From Candidatus Eiseniibacteriota bacterium (GTDB lineage: Bacteria > Eisenbacteria > RBG-16-71-46), in NCBI GenBank assembly GCA_963717505.1, contig OY970342.1:1568001-1632000 (forward strand): DNA of 64,000 bases. The letters are read 5' to 3'. This document shows, piece by piece, positions 42,552 through 53,027 of the stretch. The translations under genes and the position numbers were made by a program. Numbering within the stretch: position 1 is the first letter of the stretch; the number at the start of each line of letters is the position of its first letter. The notes under the pieces are model-generated. The model saw only the letters and a program-made list of their open reading frames with translations, did not search any database and was not told the DNA's origin.

Positions 42552-44543
42552 ATGAAGCGCGCTGCCGACCCCCGGCGCGCCCGAAACCGCGGGCGGGTGC
42601 GGCCTGAATCCGCGGAGGCCGAAGTGTCTGCCGGTGTTCGATTTGCGATTCTGCTGTTGCTCGTTGCCGCCGTCGCCCACGGCGACGACGCGGTCGTGAA
42701 CCCGCGAGCGGTGACGCTGGTCGATCGCTACCTCGAAGGCACCGGTGGGTTCGAAACCTTCGAGGCGCAACCGGACCTCCACGTGCGCGGTCGTATCCGG
42801 TCGATGGGCATGACCGGGACCTTCGAGCAATGGACGCGCCGGCCCGACCGGCTTCTACAGAAGATCCACGTTGGCCCGCTGCGCATCCGGCGTGGTTTCG
42901 ACGGAGTGGTGGGCTGGGAGACCGACCTCAACTCGAAGAAGGTCCGGATCCTGGACGGCAAGGATCTCGAGGCGATTCGCTCCGAAGCCTGGTTCGAGAA
43001 CGAAGCGTGGGCCATGGAGGACTACGGCGGCGGCACGCTGACTCCCGGCGGAACGTCTTTCCGCCACGGCCGCCGGTTCCGCTCCCTCGACATCGCTCCG
43101 CCCGTCGGGCCCTCGCGGCAGCTGTGGTTCGACGACGAAACCGGCCGCATCGACCGGATCGTCAGTCGTCGCGATCAGCACGAGTGGAAGCAGTGGGCGA
43201 TCGGCACAATCGAGGCCCGCGGGCGCACCCACTACCGCACGCTGACCTCCGAGGCGCCGCCGGCGGACGACGGACGGCGCGCCGGCCGCGACCCCGAGCG
43301 CGAGCGGTGGGAGGAGCGGATCGATCTGGATTCGATGTGGGTCCACCGGCCGGTTCCCGATTCGATCTTTTCGCCGCCCGGGCTTCGCGCGAATCGAGTG
43401 GCCTGGAGAAAGGCGTCGGGCCGGATCGACGTGCCGTTCCGCTACGGGACGCGCCACGTGTGGATCAAGGCCTCGATCAATGGCGCCCCGCCCGCCGACT
43501 TCCTGCTCGACACCGGTTGCAGCATCACCGCCATCGATCGGCACTACGCGGATCGTATCGGGCTCAAGGCCGAGGGCACGATGGCGGTCCAGGGTGTCGC
43601 CGGCACTGACGAGGGCTCGTTCGCGCGGATCACCTCGCTGGCCGTGTCGTCGTCCGGAAGTGCGCGCGTCACGGTGCGCGATCTCAAGGTCGGCTTGGTC
43701 GACCTGGGCGAAGGATTCGAAGCCGTGCTCTGGCGGCCGGTCGCCGGGCTGATTGGCTACGACTTCCTCAGCAACTTCGTGGTTCGTATCGACTACGACC
43801 GCGGGATCGTGACCCTGACCGATCCCAAGAAGTTCGCCTACACCGGCGCCGCCGAGCCGATTCCGATTCGCTTGTTCTCCGGGATTCCCACCGTCCAGGT
43901 CACGGTCGACGGCGGTTGCACCGGCGAGTTCGTCGTCGATTGCGGCAACGGCTTCGGGCTCGACGTCCATGCATCGATGGTGCGCCAGTGCCGGTTGCTG
44001 AGTCGGGTTGCGGGACGGCGCCAGGTCGAGGTCTACAGCGGCGGCATCGGCGGGGCCACGATCAACTGGTTCAGCCGGCTCGACAGCGTGCGGATCGGCG
44101 GGCATACGTGGCCCGAGCCGATTGCCGGTCTGACGCTGGGCAGCCGCGGCCTGATCGGCAGCCGCGACTACGCCGGTAACATCGGCAATGGCGTACTCGA
44201 GCGCTTCGTGGTCACGATCGACTACGAGCGCCGACGTCTCTACCTCGAGCCCGGACGCCGGTTCCTGGAGCGCGATCGATTTTCACGGAGTGGTGCGTTC
44301 CTGGTGAAGCTGACCGACCGCGTGCTTGCGGGCCAGATCATCCGCGGCTCTGCCGCCCATCAGGCCGGGCTCAAGCTGCGCGACCTGGTGGTGACCATCG
44401 ACGGGAAACCGGCCTCGAGATTTACTCCCGAGGAGCTGGACCGGATGTTCGTACGCGGCGACGAAGGGTCCACGCACACGCTGGTCATCGAGCGCGACGG
44501 CGAACGGCGCACGCTCGAGCTGAAGCTCAAGGACGTGCTGTAG
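42552..44543 (+). CDS. Secreted aspartyl protease (two retropepsin-like domains) with PDZ domain
   Basis: FLLDTG, GLIGYDFL, second motif VVDCG, GNIGNGVL, C-terminal PDZ 'SAAHQAGLKLRDLVVTIDG'. True start may be GTG 42624. Confidence 0.85.
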   Translation: MKRAADPRRARNRGRVRPESAEAEVSAGVRFAILLLLVAAVAHGDDAVVNPRAVTLVDRYLEGTGGFETFEAQPDLHVRGRIRSMGMTGTFEQWTRRPDRLLQKIHVGPLRIRRGFDGVVGWETDLNSKKVRILDGKDLEAIRSEAWFENEAWAMEDYGGGTLTPGGTSFRHGRRFRSLDIAPPVGPSRQLWFDDETGRIDRIVSRRDQHEWKQWAIGTIEARGRTHYRTLTSEAPPADDGRRAGRDPERERWEERIDLDSMWVHRPVPDSIFSPPGLRANRVAWRKASGRIDVPFRYGTRHVWIKASINGAPPADFLLDTGCSITAIDRHYADRIGLKAEGTMAVQGVAGTDEGSFARITSLAVSSSGSARVTVRDLKVGLVDLGEGFEAVLWRPVAGLIGYDFLSNFVVRIDYDRGIVTLTDPKKFAYTGAAEPIPIRLFSGIPTVQVTVDGGCTGEFVVDCGNGFGLDVHASMVRQCRLLSRVAGRRQVEVYSGGIGGATINWFSRLDSVRIGGHTWPEPIAGLTLGSRGLIGSRDYAGNIGNGVLERFVVTIDYERRRLYLEPGRRFLERDRFSRSGAFLVKLTDRVLAGQIIRGSAAHQAGLKLRDLVVTIDGKPASRFTPEELDRMFVRGDEGSTHTLVIERDGERRTLELKLKDVL

Positions 44544-44569
44544 AGCGCCTCGCCGTTCGCGCGGGTTCC

Positions 44570-45214
44570 CTAGACCTTGCTGCGGAACTTGATCGTGCAG
44601 CCGAGCGACTTGGTCTCGGCGAGCGGCACCACCTGCCCGGCCACGACCGCGTCGACCGCCTGCTTGAGGTAGGCGTCCTTCACCGCCGCCGGATCCCGCG
44701 GGCTGTCGTCGATCGTGCCGTGATAGACCAGCTTGCCTTCGGCGTCGAACAGGAACGCCTCCGGTGTCCGCGTCGCGCCGAACGCGCGCGCCACGTCCGA
44801 GGTCGCGTCGACCACGTACGGGAACTTGATCCCCAGCTTCTTCGCGCGCTTCTTCATTTCGTCGTAGCCGTCTTCGGCGTTCTTCGACGGGTCATTGGAG
44901 TTGATCGCAATCACGCCGATCCCGGCCTTGTGTGCGGCGTTGCCGACTTCCGAGATCCGCGTCTCCCAGTTCTTCACCCACGGGCAGGCGTTGCAGGTGA
45001 AGACCACGAGGGTTCCCTTCTTGCCCGCGGCCTTGGCGATGGTCAGCGACTTGCCATCGATGCCTTTCATCGCGGCGTCCGCCATCGGCACGGTCGACCC
45101 CAGGACCAGCGCAGCCGGAGCTTCCGAGTCGGCGGGCTTCGCCGACTCCTGCGCGAGAGCGGGCAGGACGAACACCAGCAAGGCGAGCGGAATCATCAGA
45201 CGCATCGAACGCAT
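44570..45214 (-). CDS. Thioredoxin-fold AhpC/TSA (redoxin) family protein
   Basis: Signal peptide; FTCNACPWV, AINSND, GATRTPE, GCTIK. Confidence 0.88.
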   Translation of the reverse strand: MRSMRLMIPLALLVFVLPALAQESAKPADSEAPAALVLGSTVPMADAAMKGIDGKSLTIAKAAGKKGTLVVFTCNACPWVKNWETRISEVGNAAHKAGIGVIAINSNDPSKNAEDGYDEMKKRAKKLGIKFPYVVDATSDVARAFGATRTPEAFLFDAEGKLVYHGTIDDSPRDPAAVKDAYLKQAVDAVVAGQVVPLAETKSLGCTIKFRSKV

Positions 45215-45234
45215 GGATCCTCCAGGTTGCGCCG

Positions 45235-45792
45235 CTAACGGGCGGCGGTAGCGCCGTCGAGCACTTCGAGCACGGCGGCTTCGAACTTCGCATAGTCGGC
45301 GCGGCCTTCCCAGAAGCGAGTCTGCTGACCGCGAGCATCGTAGACCAGCGTGGCGGGCAGTGCGCCCGACCACTTCGGGTTGAGTCCGTCGATGAACTCC
45401 ATGTCCTTGCCGGTCTTGAGATAGGTCGGCATGCGCACGTCGTGCTGCGCCAGGAAACGGCGCACGTCCGCGAGTTGGTCGTCGAAGTCGGCGGACACCA
45501 GGATCAATCGCATGCCGCGATCGCGATAGCTGCGCTCGAGCTTCAGGAGATCGGGGAATTCTTCGCGGCAGGGCACGCACCAGGTCGCCCACACATTGAC
45601 CACCGTGACCTTGGCGCCCGGCGACTGCGCGACGGCGACCACGTCCTCGGCCGAGGCGGGAATGATCTCGAGCGAGTCGGCGGCCAACTCCGCCGCGTTA
45701 CGCGCCGGCTCGGGCGAGCCTCCGGTGCGCGAGACCGGGGTGGAGCAGCCCGACACGATCGCAGCGATCAGTACCAGCAGGGCGGGGCGCAT
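45235..45792 (-). CDS. TlpA-family disulfide reductase lipoprotein
   Basis: Lipobox VSG-C; NVWATWCVPC; WSGALPAT. Confidence 0.9.
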   Translation of the reverse strand: MRPALLVLIAAIVSGCSTPVSRTGGSPEPARNAAELAADSLEIIPASAEDVVAVAQSPGAKVTVVNVWATWCVPCREEFPDLLKLERSYRDRGMRLILVSADFDDQLADVRRFLAQHDVRMPTYLKTGKDMEFIDGLNPKWSGALPATLVYDARGQQTRFWEGRADYAKFEAAVLEVLDGATAAR

Positions 45793-46007
45793 GAGGCGGG
45801 GAGCATGCCCGCTCGCGGAACGGCGTTTGTTCGGCGGTCGTCAACGATCCGCCACGACACGACCGGCGCACGGTCCGGGCGGACGAGTGCCGCCGCGGGG
45901 GCTCGTGGAGATCGTTCGAGGGATGGCCGATATCCGCGGGGTCCATGACTCCCGCCCGCCGCGGAGCGGCTGCCGAACGGTGGGCCGGGGCACCCCAAGG
46001 AGGCCCC

Positions 46008-46400
46008 ATGTACCTCAATGCCTTCCGGATTCGCGTCGCACTGATCGGCGCCGGGATCGTGACGACGTTGATCTACCTCGCGATGGGCGGGCGTTTCGGC
46101 CCCGGAAACAAGGGAGCGATCCAGATCGAGTACGGCATGTACCCGGACGAGTTCCAGGGCGCCGAGGTCGTGATCGACGGCGCCGTCGCCGGCATGCTCA
46201 AACCGTTCGGCAGCGCGACCCGCACGGGGTTCGAAGTCGAACAGGGCGAGCACGTCGTGACCATCCGTCACCCCAGATTCGACTCACGCGAGCGCAGAGT
46301 CGAGATCAAACCCGGCCGGGGCGTGCTGCTGATCCTCAACATCGGCAGCGATCTGAGCGCAAGCGGGCAGGAACGGCCGACGATCACCTTCGACGGCTGA
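46008..46400 (+). CDS. Membrane-anchored PEGA-like domain protein
   Basis: AAGGAGG RBS; N-terminal TM; 'GAEVVIDG...GEHVVTIRHP'. Confidence 0.65.
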   Translation: MYLNAFRIRVALIGAGIVTTLIYLAMGGRFGPGNKGAIQIEYGMYPDEFQGAEVVIDGAVAGMLKPFGSATRTGFEVEQGEHVVTIRHPRFDSRERRVEIKPGRGVLLILNIGSDLSASGQERPTITFDG

Positions 46401-46423
46401 TCGTCTCTCCGGCTACGCCGAAC

Positions 46424-47986
46424 TCACGACGACCGGGTATCGCGCCGGCCGGCCGATTCCATTCCGGCGCCGGCATCGAGCCCGTAGAGCGCGCCGAACT
46501 TGCCGGTCAGGTACTTCATGTACGGTTCGATCGTCATCGGCGATCCCGCGACCCGCTCGACCAGCTCGTTGGCCGTGAACTTGGAGCCGTGCTGGTAGAT
46601 GTTCTCGCGCAGCCACCCATGGAGCGTCGAGAAGCGGCCACGGCCGATTTCCTCCGGGATCGAAGGGTGCGCCCGGACCGCGGCGTCGAAGAACTGGGCG
46701 CCCAGGATGTTGCCGAGCGTGTAGCCTTGGAACGCGCCGCCGATCGGGCCGGCGTACCAATGCACGTCCTGCAAGACCCCGTCGCGATCGTCGGGCGAGG
46801 CGGTGCCGAGGTCGGCCTGGTAGCGATCGCGCCACGCCTGGGCCAGATCCTTGACCGCGAGCTTGCCCTCGAGCAGCGCCAGCTCGAAGTCGAATCGGAT
46901 CATGACGTGCAGGTTGTAGGTGACTTCGTCGGCGTCGATCCGGATCAGCGAACGATCGACGCGATTGATCGCACGAAAGAAGGCGTCGAACGGAACCTTG
47001 CCGAGCTGGGCGGGGAACGCGGCCTGGAGCTTGGGATAGAAGTGGTTCCAGAAAGCGCGGCTGCGCCCGACCAGGTTCTCCCACAGCCGCGATTGGCTCT
47101 CGTGCACGCCCGATGAAGTTCCATGGGCGAGCGGCGTGCCCTCGAACTCCATCCGAATTCCCTGCTCGTACATGGCGTGACCCGATTCGTGCAGCGTGCT
47201 GAACAGGGCGTTGCACAGGTCTTCGCGAACGCGGGTGGTGATGCGGACGTCGCCGAGCGAGAACTTGGTCATGAACGGGTGGGTGGTGAGATCCTCGCGA
47301 CCGCGATCGAAGTCGTAGCCGAAGGCGCGAATCACCTCGCGGCCGAAGGCGAGCTGCTGCTCGGCCGAGGCGTCCTGGGTCAGGAAACGGTCGTCCGGAG
47401 CCGGGCGGCTCGTGATCTCGCGCACCAGTGGCACCAGGCGCGAACGCAACTCGCCGAACACGGCTTTCACGCTCGAAGCCTTCATGCCGTAGTCGCTGGC
47501 GTCGATCAGCGGATCCGCGATGTGCTCGTACCCGGGGAAGCAGTCGGCGTGACGGCGACTGAGATCCAGCGTCTTCTGCAGTCGCGGCACCATGCCCGCG
47601 AAGTCGTTGGCCGGTCGCGCGGCGAGCCAGGCTTGATACGTGTCGGAGAAGTGCTGGTTCATCTCCGAAACCAGGTCGGCGGGCACTTTGACGGCTCGGT
47701 CGTACTCGCGACGAGACACGCGCACCAGGGCGGCATCATCGGAGTCGTACGGCTGTTGGGCGGCCCAGGGCTCGAGTGCGTCGAGCAGTCGTCCGACCTC
47801 GGGATCCGTGAGCCGCTCGTGCGCGAGCCGGCTGAGCAGCGCCATCTGGCGACCCCGCGCCTCGGCGCCGCCCGGGGGCATATAGGTCGTCTGATCCCAG
47901 CTGAGGAGCGAGTTCGCCATGTACAGATCGTAGATCACGCCGAGATGGTTCTTGAGTGCGTCGAGCTTGGCCTTCATCGCATTCAC
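46424..47986 (-). CDS. M32 carboxypeptidase (carboxypeptidase Taq family)
   Basis: WDQ, HPF, HESGH, HESQS, IRIDADE, GVLQDVHW. Confidence 0.95.
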   Translation of the reverse strand: MNAMKAKLDALKNHLGVIYDLYMANSLLSWDQTTYMPPGGAEARGRQMALLSRLAHERLTDPEVGRLLDALEPWAAQQPYDSDDAALVRVSRREYDRAVKVPADLVSEMNQHFSDTYQAWLAARPANDFAGMVPRLQKTLDLSRRHADCFPGYEHIADPLIDASDYGMKASSVKAVFGELRSRLVPLVREITSRPAPDDRFLTQDASAEQQLAFGREVIRAFGYDFDRGREDLTTHPFMTKFSLGDVRITTRVREDLCNALFSTLHESGHAMYEQGIRMEFEGTPLAHGTSSGVHESQSRLWENLVGRSRAFWNHFYPKLQAAFPAQLGKVPFDAFFRAINRVDRSLIRIDADEVTYNLHVMIRFDFELALLEGKLAVKDLAQAWRDRYQADLGTASPDDRDGVLQDVHWYAGPIGGAFQGYTLGNILGAQFFDAAVRAHPSIPEEIGRGRFSTLHGWLRENIYQHGSKFTANELVERVAGSPMTIEPYMKYLTGKFGALYGLDAGAGMESAGRRDTRSS

Positions 47987-47996
47987 CTCCTGGGGC

Positions 47997-50900
47997 TCAA
48001 CCGCCGATCGTGGTCGTCACCGTCTTGAATCGGGACGGCGGCGGGCCCTTCAGGTCCTCGCGGAAGACCTCGATCCGCACCGTCTTCTTCTTGCGCTCCA
48101 GCCAATCTTCCATGTTCTGCGCGAGCAGCTCGCGCGACACCTGCTCGCGGTCGACCTCGTACGTCGCGCCATCCATCGATTTGCGTTCCTCGACCCGGAT
48201 CCACGTCACGCCGTTGGTGATCCTGAGCGAATCGCTGGTCTCGCCCACTTTGAGGGCAAAGGCCTTGTCGAGCACGCGGGGCTCGGCGCCGAGCTGAGGG
48301 ACGAATCCACCCTGGCGGCCGAGCAAACCGCTCTCCCGGACGCCGCCGTAGCCGGCGGCCACCGAGTCGAGCGAGGCGCCGGCCTGGAGCTGGCGGCGCA
48401 CCGCGGCCGCGCGCGCGGCGACGATATCGAGCTTCTTCGCGTTCTTCATGTCGTCGACCGCCTGGCGCCGCACCTCGGGAAACTCGGCGCGGCCCGGCGG
48501 CTTGCGCTCGGTGACGCGCACCAGAATCCACGAGTTCGATCCCCGGTACGGCTTCGCCGCCCACGCGCCGACCGCGAGTCCCTCCAGATCCTTGCCGAGA
48601 TCCTGGACGTTGCCCAGCCGCGGAATCGGCTCGTTGGCGGCGACCGGGCCTGCGGTCTTGACGCCGCCGACCGCGGAAGCGGCAACCGCCGCACCCGCCT
48701 TCGGGATGCGCCGCCGGATCGCCTCGGCGCTCTGTCGGGCGAGCGAGTCGCCTTTGGTCCGCGCCAGCTCGTTTCGGATCTCGAGGCGCACCTCCTCGAA
48801 CGCGCGTACCCCGGCTTCCTTCCGCTCGTCGACCCGAATGATGTGGTATCCGAAGCGAGTCTGGACCGGCTGGCTGATGGCGCCGACCTTGAGCGCGAAC
48901 GACGTGTCGGAGAACTCCGGGACCATGCGCCCCCGGGCGAAGAAGCCGAGGTCGCCGCCCTGGACCGCCGAGCCCGGATCGTCGGATCGCGTGCGTGCGA
49001 GCTCTTCGAAGTTGGCGCCGGCCAGGATCGCGGCCCGGATCGAGTCGGCGCGCGCCCGCGCGGCCTCCGGGCTCAGTCCGCCCCGAGTCGACACGAGGAT
49101 GTGACGGGCGCGGACCTCCTCTTCCTGACGGTAGCGATCCGCGGCATGGGCCTCGTAGAACTGCCGCAGATCCTGGTCGGAGATCGCGACCGAATCGGGT
49201 GGAGGGATCGGCACTTGCACGTATTCGAGCGCGAACTTCTTCGGGGTCGGGTACTGGGCTCGATGGGCGTCGAAGTAGACGCGGGCCTCTTCGTCTTCCT
49301 GAATGCGGCGGGCTTCGCTGAATCCGCGCTCGACCCGGCTGCGCGCATCCTCGAACGAGGGCGTGAAGGCCGTGTCGACCGCGTCCACACGCCACAGCAC
49401 CAGGCGCGTGCCCATGGGCCGCGGCCCTTGGAAGACGCCATGGGGCTGCCGGTCGGTCAGGATCGAGTCGACCAGCGACAGCGGAAACATGGAATCGGGC
49501 GGCGCTTCGCGCGACAGGGTCAGTGTGTCGAACCCGGCGTGCGCGCTGCGCGCCACCTGCGCCGGATCTCGACCGCGCCCCAGGTCCTGGCTCATCCGTT
49601 CGATCGTGGTCGCCAATTTAGCCGCGCGATCGTCCTCCTCGAGCCGCGCCCCGACCACCGCCCGCAACGAGTCGTCGATCTTCGGTGGTGCGGCGGCGCG
49701 CACGCTGTCGCCCGCCGCCTGGAACAGGCTCGCAGCGTTCTTCCGGTACCACGAGTCGATGGTGCGGCGCGACGGACTCTTGACCGCCACCTCACTCGGA
49801 TCGAGATGGATCCGGGTGGTCTGGGCCCGCGCCGTCTTCAGCTCACCCAGGTGCTCGTCGTACCACGCGCGCTTGTCGGCTTCGAGCTGGACCCGCTGTT
49901 TTTCGACGTCGGCCCGGCGTTTGACGTCGGCCCGGATCTCTTCGATCGGCGGCACACGGCGCGGTTCGCGTGCCGCGATCACGCCGACCACCACGCCGAG
50001 GGGGGTGACCCCGGGCCCCAGGACCCGTCGTGACGTGTCTCGCTCGGAGGCCTCGAGATCCTCGATCAGGTCCGGTGAGTTGCCGAGCCCCGGAATCATG
50101 GTCGCCGGCAGGTCGAACCATCCGGTCTCGACCGCGCCCCCGAGCGGGGCCGCCACCGAATCGATCGCAATACCGCGGCGCAGCGTGTCCGCGAGGCTGC
50201 GGCCGCGCGACATCAGCCGGCGCTCCTCGCTCGCCCGCAGCGAGTCGTCTTCGCCGGGTAAGGCGAGGCGGAGGTACCGGACGTTCGCCCGCGGCTTGCG
50301 CTCGAACTGCTCCGGATGCTCGCGATAGTAGGTGAGCTGTTCGTCGGCGGTGGCCTCGGGCTCGAGCGTGACTTCGCGCGTGGTCAGCGGCAGGAACGAG
50401 AAACGGACCTGTTCCTTGCGCTTCGACCACTCCTCGCGCACCGCCTTCGGTCCGGGGGCGAGCCGCGCGAGCAGCTGGCGTTCGTACTTGTCGGCCGCAG
50501 CCGCCTCGCGGACACGCGGCAGGATCGCCAGGTAGTTCGACTGCGGACTGCGCTTGAACTGTTCGAGCTTGGCCGGGTCGAACTTGCCGTTGGTGTAGAA
50601 GAACGGATCGGTCGCCAGGATCGCGTCGGTGTCCTTTTCAGTGACTTCCAGGTTCAGCTTGCGCGCCTCGAGCGTCATGAGTTCGCGCCGGATCAGCTCG
50701 TTGAACACGTTGTACTCAGCGTATTTTCGCAGATGCTCGTCCTTGAGTCCGTCGCCGAGTTGCTCCTGGAGGCGCGCGAAGTAGGGGCCGGCGATGCGAT
50801 CGTAGTCGCGCTGGGTGATCGGACGACCCTCGACGCGGGCAATGATCGGCGAATCGCTGGCCGGCGGTGGCGGCGGCGTCGACCGCGGCGGAGTCGTGGC

Positions 50901-51143
50901 GCCCGGCGCTCCGGGCACCGGCGCTCCCGGCACGGAGCCGGGGGGGGTCGCCGGCGGCGTGGGATTGGCCCACGGGCGCGCGGGATCGGGCTTCTGCTGA
51001 GCCGCGGCCGGACCCGAGGCCACGAGGATCATGGCCGCGGCCGCGGCAAAGCGGGTCGCGAAGGTGCGAGCCCTGCGGGACCGGAATCGGGGGACGAATG
51101 CGGGATCCAATGCGCCCATGGGATGGACCGGGGAGCCTAGCAT
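47997..51143 (-). CDS. Large PpiD/SurA-like parvulin peptidyl-prolyl isomerase/chaperone
   Basis: SurA-N-like region; 'VRARHILV...FEELARTRSDDPGSAVQGGDLGFF...VQTRFGYHIIRV'. Start uncertain. Confidence 0.85.
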   Translation of the reverse strand: MLGSPVHPMGALDPAFVPRFRSRRARTFATRFAAAAAMILVASGPAAAQQKPDPARPWANPTPPATPPGSVPGAPVPGAPGATTPPRSTPPPPPASDSPIIARVEGRPITQRDYDRIAGPYFARLQEQLGDGLKDEHLRKYAEYNVFNELIRRELMTLEARKLNLEVTEKDTDAILATDPFFYTNGKFDPAKLEQFKRSPQSNYLAILPRVREAAAADKYERQLLARLAPGPKAVREEWSKRKEQVRFSFLPLTTREVTLEPEATADEQLTYYREHPEQFERKPRANVRYLRLALPGEDDSLRASEERRLMSRGRSLADTLRRGIAIDSVAAPLGGAVETGWFDLPATMIPGLGNSPDLIEDLEASERDTSRRVLGPGVTPLGVVVGVIAAREPRRVPPIEEIRADVKRRADVEKQRVQLEADKRAWYDEHLGELKTARAQTTRIHLDPSEVAVKSPSRRTIDSWYRKNAASLFQAAGDSVRAAAPPKIDDSLRAVVGARLEEDDRAAKLATTIERMSQDLGRGRDPAQVARSAHAGFDTLTLSREAPPDSMFPLSLVDSILTDRQPHGVFQGPRPMGTRLVLWRVDAVDTAFTPSFEDARSRVERGFSEARRIQEDEEARVYFDAHRAQYPTPKKFALEYVQVPIPPPDSVAISDQDLRQFYEAHAADRYRQEEEVRARHILVSTRGGLSPEAARARADSIRAAILAGANFEELARTRSDDPGSAVQGGDLGFFARGRMVPEFSDTSFALKVGAISQPVQTRFGYHIIRVDERKEAGVRAFEEVRLEIRNELARTKGDSLARQSAEAIRRRIPKAGAAVAASAVGGVKTAGPVAANEPIPRLGNVQDLGKDLEGLAVGAWAAKPYRGSNSWILVRVTERKPPGRAEFPEVRRQAVDDMKNAKKLDIVAARAAAVRRQLQAGASLDSVAAGYGGVRESGLLGRQGGFVPQLGAEPRVLDKAFALKVGETSDSLRITNGVTWIRVEERKSMDGATYEVDREQVSRELLAQNMEDWLERKKKTVRIEVFREDLKGPPPSRFKTVTTTIGG

Positions 51144-51153
51144 CGCCGCGCGA

Positions 51154-51975
51154 TCACGTCACCCCGACGACGATCGCGAGCCAGCCGTCCTGGTTCGTGA
51201 ATCTCGTGCGCAGCCGATAGAAGTCGTCGGGCTTGTTGGCGCGCTCGTTCCAGCCGTCGACGTAGACCAGTGTGTCGCGAAATCCGGCTTCGAGCAGGGC
51301 GTCACGGATTTCGGGCACGGTCCACAGCCGCCAGTCGTAGGTGAAAGCCCGGCGCATCCACGTGCCGTCCTTCAGCTGGAAATGGATGTGACACAGGATC
51401 TCGTGGTCGAGTGCGTTGAATCGTTTCTGCTCCCACACGTAGGTGAACGGGGGCACCCGTTCGCCGTCCACGCTGTACGACCCCGGGATGCGCGTGCGCT
51501 CGGAGAGCGTCCCCATGGCGCGGCTGCCCGCAAACGCGGTGACGAAGAACAGGCCTCCGGGGCGCAGGGAGTGCCGCGCGCCGCGGAAGTAGCGCATCAG
51601 GTCGCGACGATGCTTGAACACCCAGAACGAGTAATTGTAGGCGGCGATGACGTCGACCCGCGGACGCGTGACCGATCGGACGTCGGCGCGCACCAGCGTC
51701 AGGCGCCTCGCGCGTTCGCGCATGCGCGCCAGGCGATGCCGGCGCGCCCACGCCAGAGTCGGTCGGTCGAGATCGACGCCCCACGCGCGGTTCTGGGGCC
51801 GGCGCAACACCCACGCCCCGGCCATCTGCGCCGTGCCGCAGAAGTCTTCGCGAAAGTGAACGAAGCGCCGGCCGCGAAGTCGGCGGTAGATGCGCTCCAT
51901 CAGGTCCAGGTCGAAGTCGACGCCCTGGACGGCGGCCTCGTACAGCACGTGTGGATCGGGTCGTCGGGCGGGCAT
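51154..51975 (-). CDS. Class I SAM-dependent methyltransferase
   Basis: 'LYEAAVQ...REDFCGTA...GVDLD...AFTYDWRLW'. Confidence 0.8.
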   Translation of the reverse strand: MPARRPDPHVLYEAAVQGVDFDLDLMERIYRRLRGRRFVHFREDFCGTAQMAGAWVLRRPQNRAWGVDLDRPTLAWARRHRLARMRERARRLTLVRADVRSVTRPRVDVIAAYNYSFWVFKHRRDLMRYFRGARHSLRPGGLFFVTAFAGSRAMGTLSERTRIPGSYSVDGERVPPFTYVWEQKRFNALDHEILCHIHFQLKDGTWMRRAFTYDWRLWTVPEIRDALLEAGFRDTLVYVDGWNERANKPDDFYRLRTRFTNQDGWLAIVVGVT

Positions 51976-52070
51976 GGCGGGGCAATGTACCCGCGCAAGT
52001 CGCGCTCGGCCAACGCGTGGCCGCCCATGTTCAGTGTTCGCCAAACTCCAGGCACCCGGCACGATTCGCG

Positions 52071-52099
52071 TCGACAGCGAGCGCACAAGCGGGTATGGT
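52071..52099 (+). promoter_or_regulatory. Possible sigma70 promoter for the cyclophilin gene
   Basis: TCGACA-N17-TATGGT, 50 nt upstream of an ATG with GGAGG RBS. Confidence 0.45.
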
Positions 52100-52148
52100 C
52101 TACCGCCGCTCGACCCACCCCGTTTCCTAACTGGAGGAGAAGAAGCAC

Positions 52149-52883
52149 ATGAAGCGATTCTTGATCGCCGCGACGCTGCTCGCTGTGGCGGTTCCCGCGT
52201 TCGCTCAGAAGGAAGAGGCGAAGTCTGCGACGCCGGCCAAGCCGGCGACCGAAAAGGCAGCCGCGACGACCGCGGCCAAGTCGACCCCCTCGATCAAGGA
52301 CAAAGCCGTGCAGGACATCGATGCTCAGATCGCCGCCGCCAAAGTCGACAAGTCCGTGCCGACCTGGAAGACCACGCTGCCCAAGCCCAAGGTCACGACG
52401 TTCGATCCGGAGCACTCCTACTACGTGCTGATGCAGACCAATAAGGGTCCGATCGAGATCCGGCTCCTGCCGAACGTGGCGCCGATGCACGTGACCAGCT
52501 TCATGTACCTGACCAAGCTCGGTTTCTACGACGGCATCATCTTCCACCGGGTCATCAAGAACTTCATGGCCCAGGGCGGCTGTCCGCTGGGAACCGGCAC
52601 CGGTGGCCCCGGCTACCAGTTCGACGGCGAGTACAGCGCCGAGGTCAAGCACACCAAGCCCGGCCTGCTGTCGATGGCCAACGCCGGTCCCGGCACCGAC
52701 GGCAGCCAGTTCTTCCTGACCTTCGTGCCGACGCCGTGGCTCGATGGCAAGCACACGATCTTCGGTGAAGTGACCAAGGGTATGGACGTGGTCAAGAAGC
52801 TCGAGGCGGTGGGCTCGCAGTCCGGCGCCACCAGCGAGTCGCTGAAGATGGAAAAGCTGACGATCGAGGTGCGCGCGTCCTAA
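52149..52883 (+). CDS. Periplasmic cyclophilin-type peptidyl-prolyl isomerase
   Basis: [45 protein letters not shown]; signal peptide. Confidence 0.95.
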   Translation: MKRFLIAATLLAVAVPAFAQKEEAKSATPAKPATEKAAATTAAKSTPSIKDKAVQDIDAQIAAAKVDKSVPTWKTTLPKPKVTTFDPEHSYYVLMQTNKGPIEIRLLPNVAPMHVTSFMYLTKLGFYDGIIFHRVIKNFMAQGGCPLGTGTGGPGYQFDGEYSAEVKHTKPGLLSMANAGPGTDGSQFFLTFVPTPWLDGKHTIFGEVTKGMDVVKKLEAVGSQSGATSESLKMEKLTIEVRAS

Positions 52884-52930
52884 CGCGTCCCCTGACGCGT
52901 CCAAAGACGCCCTCGCTCCTGAAGAACACG

Positions 52931-52963
52931 ACGGCCCCGCGGCAACGCGGGGCCGTTCTGTTT
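52931..52963 (+). terminator. Intrinsic terminator
   Basis: ACGGCCCCGCG-GCAA-CGCGGGGCCGT followed by TCTGTTT, between convergent genes. Confidence 0.8.
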
Positions 52964-53027
52964 CGCCGCGGGATTCGGGACGTGGGGGGGGCGCGCTCGT
53001 GAAGCGCGATCGGCCTCGCCTGCGCGG

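Noticed and set aside
45907-45933. Fourth sigma28 promoter (GCCGATAT) before the PEGA-like gene
   Set aside because: The -10 is plausible but there is no acceptable -35 at 15-16 nt spacing; left unannotated.
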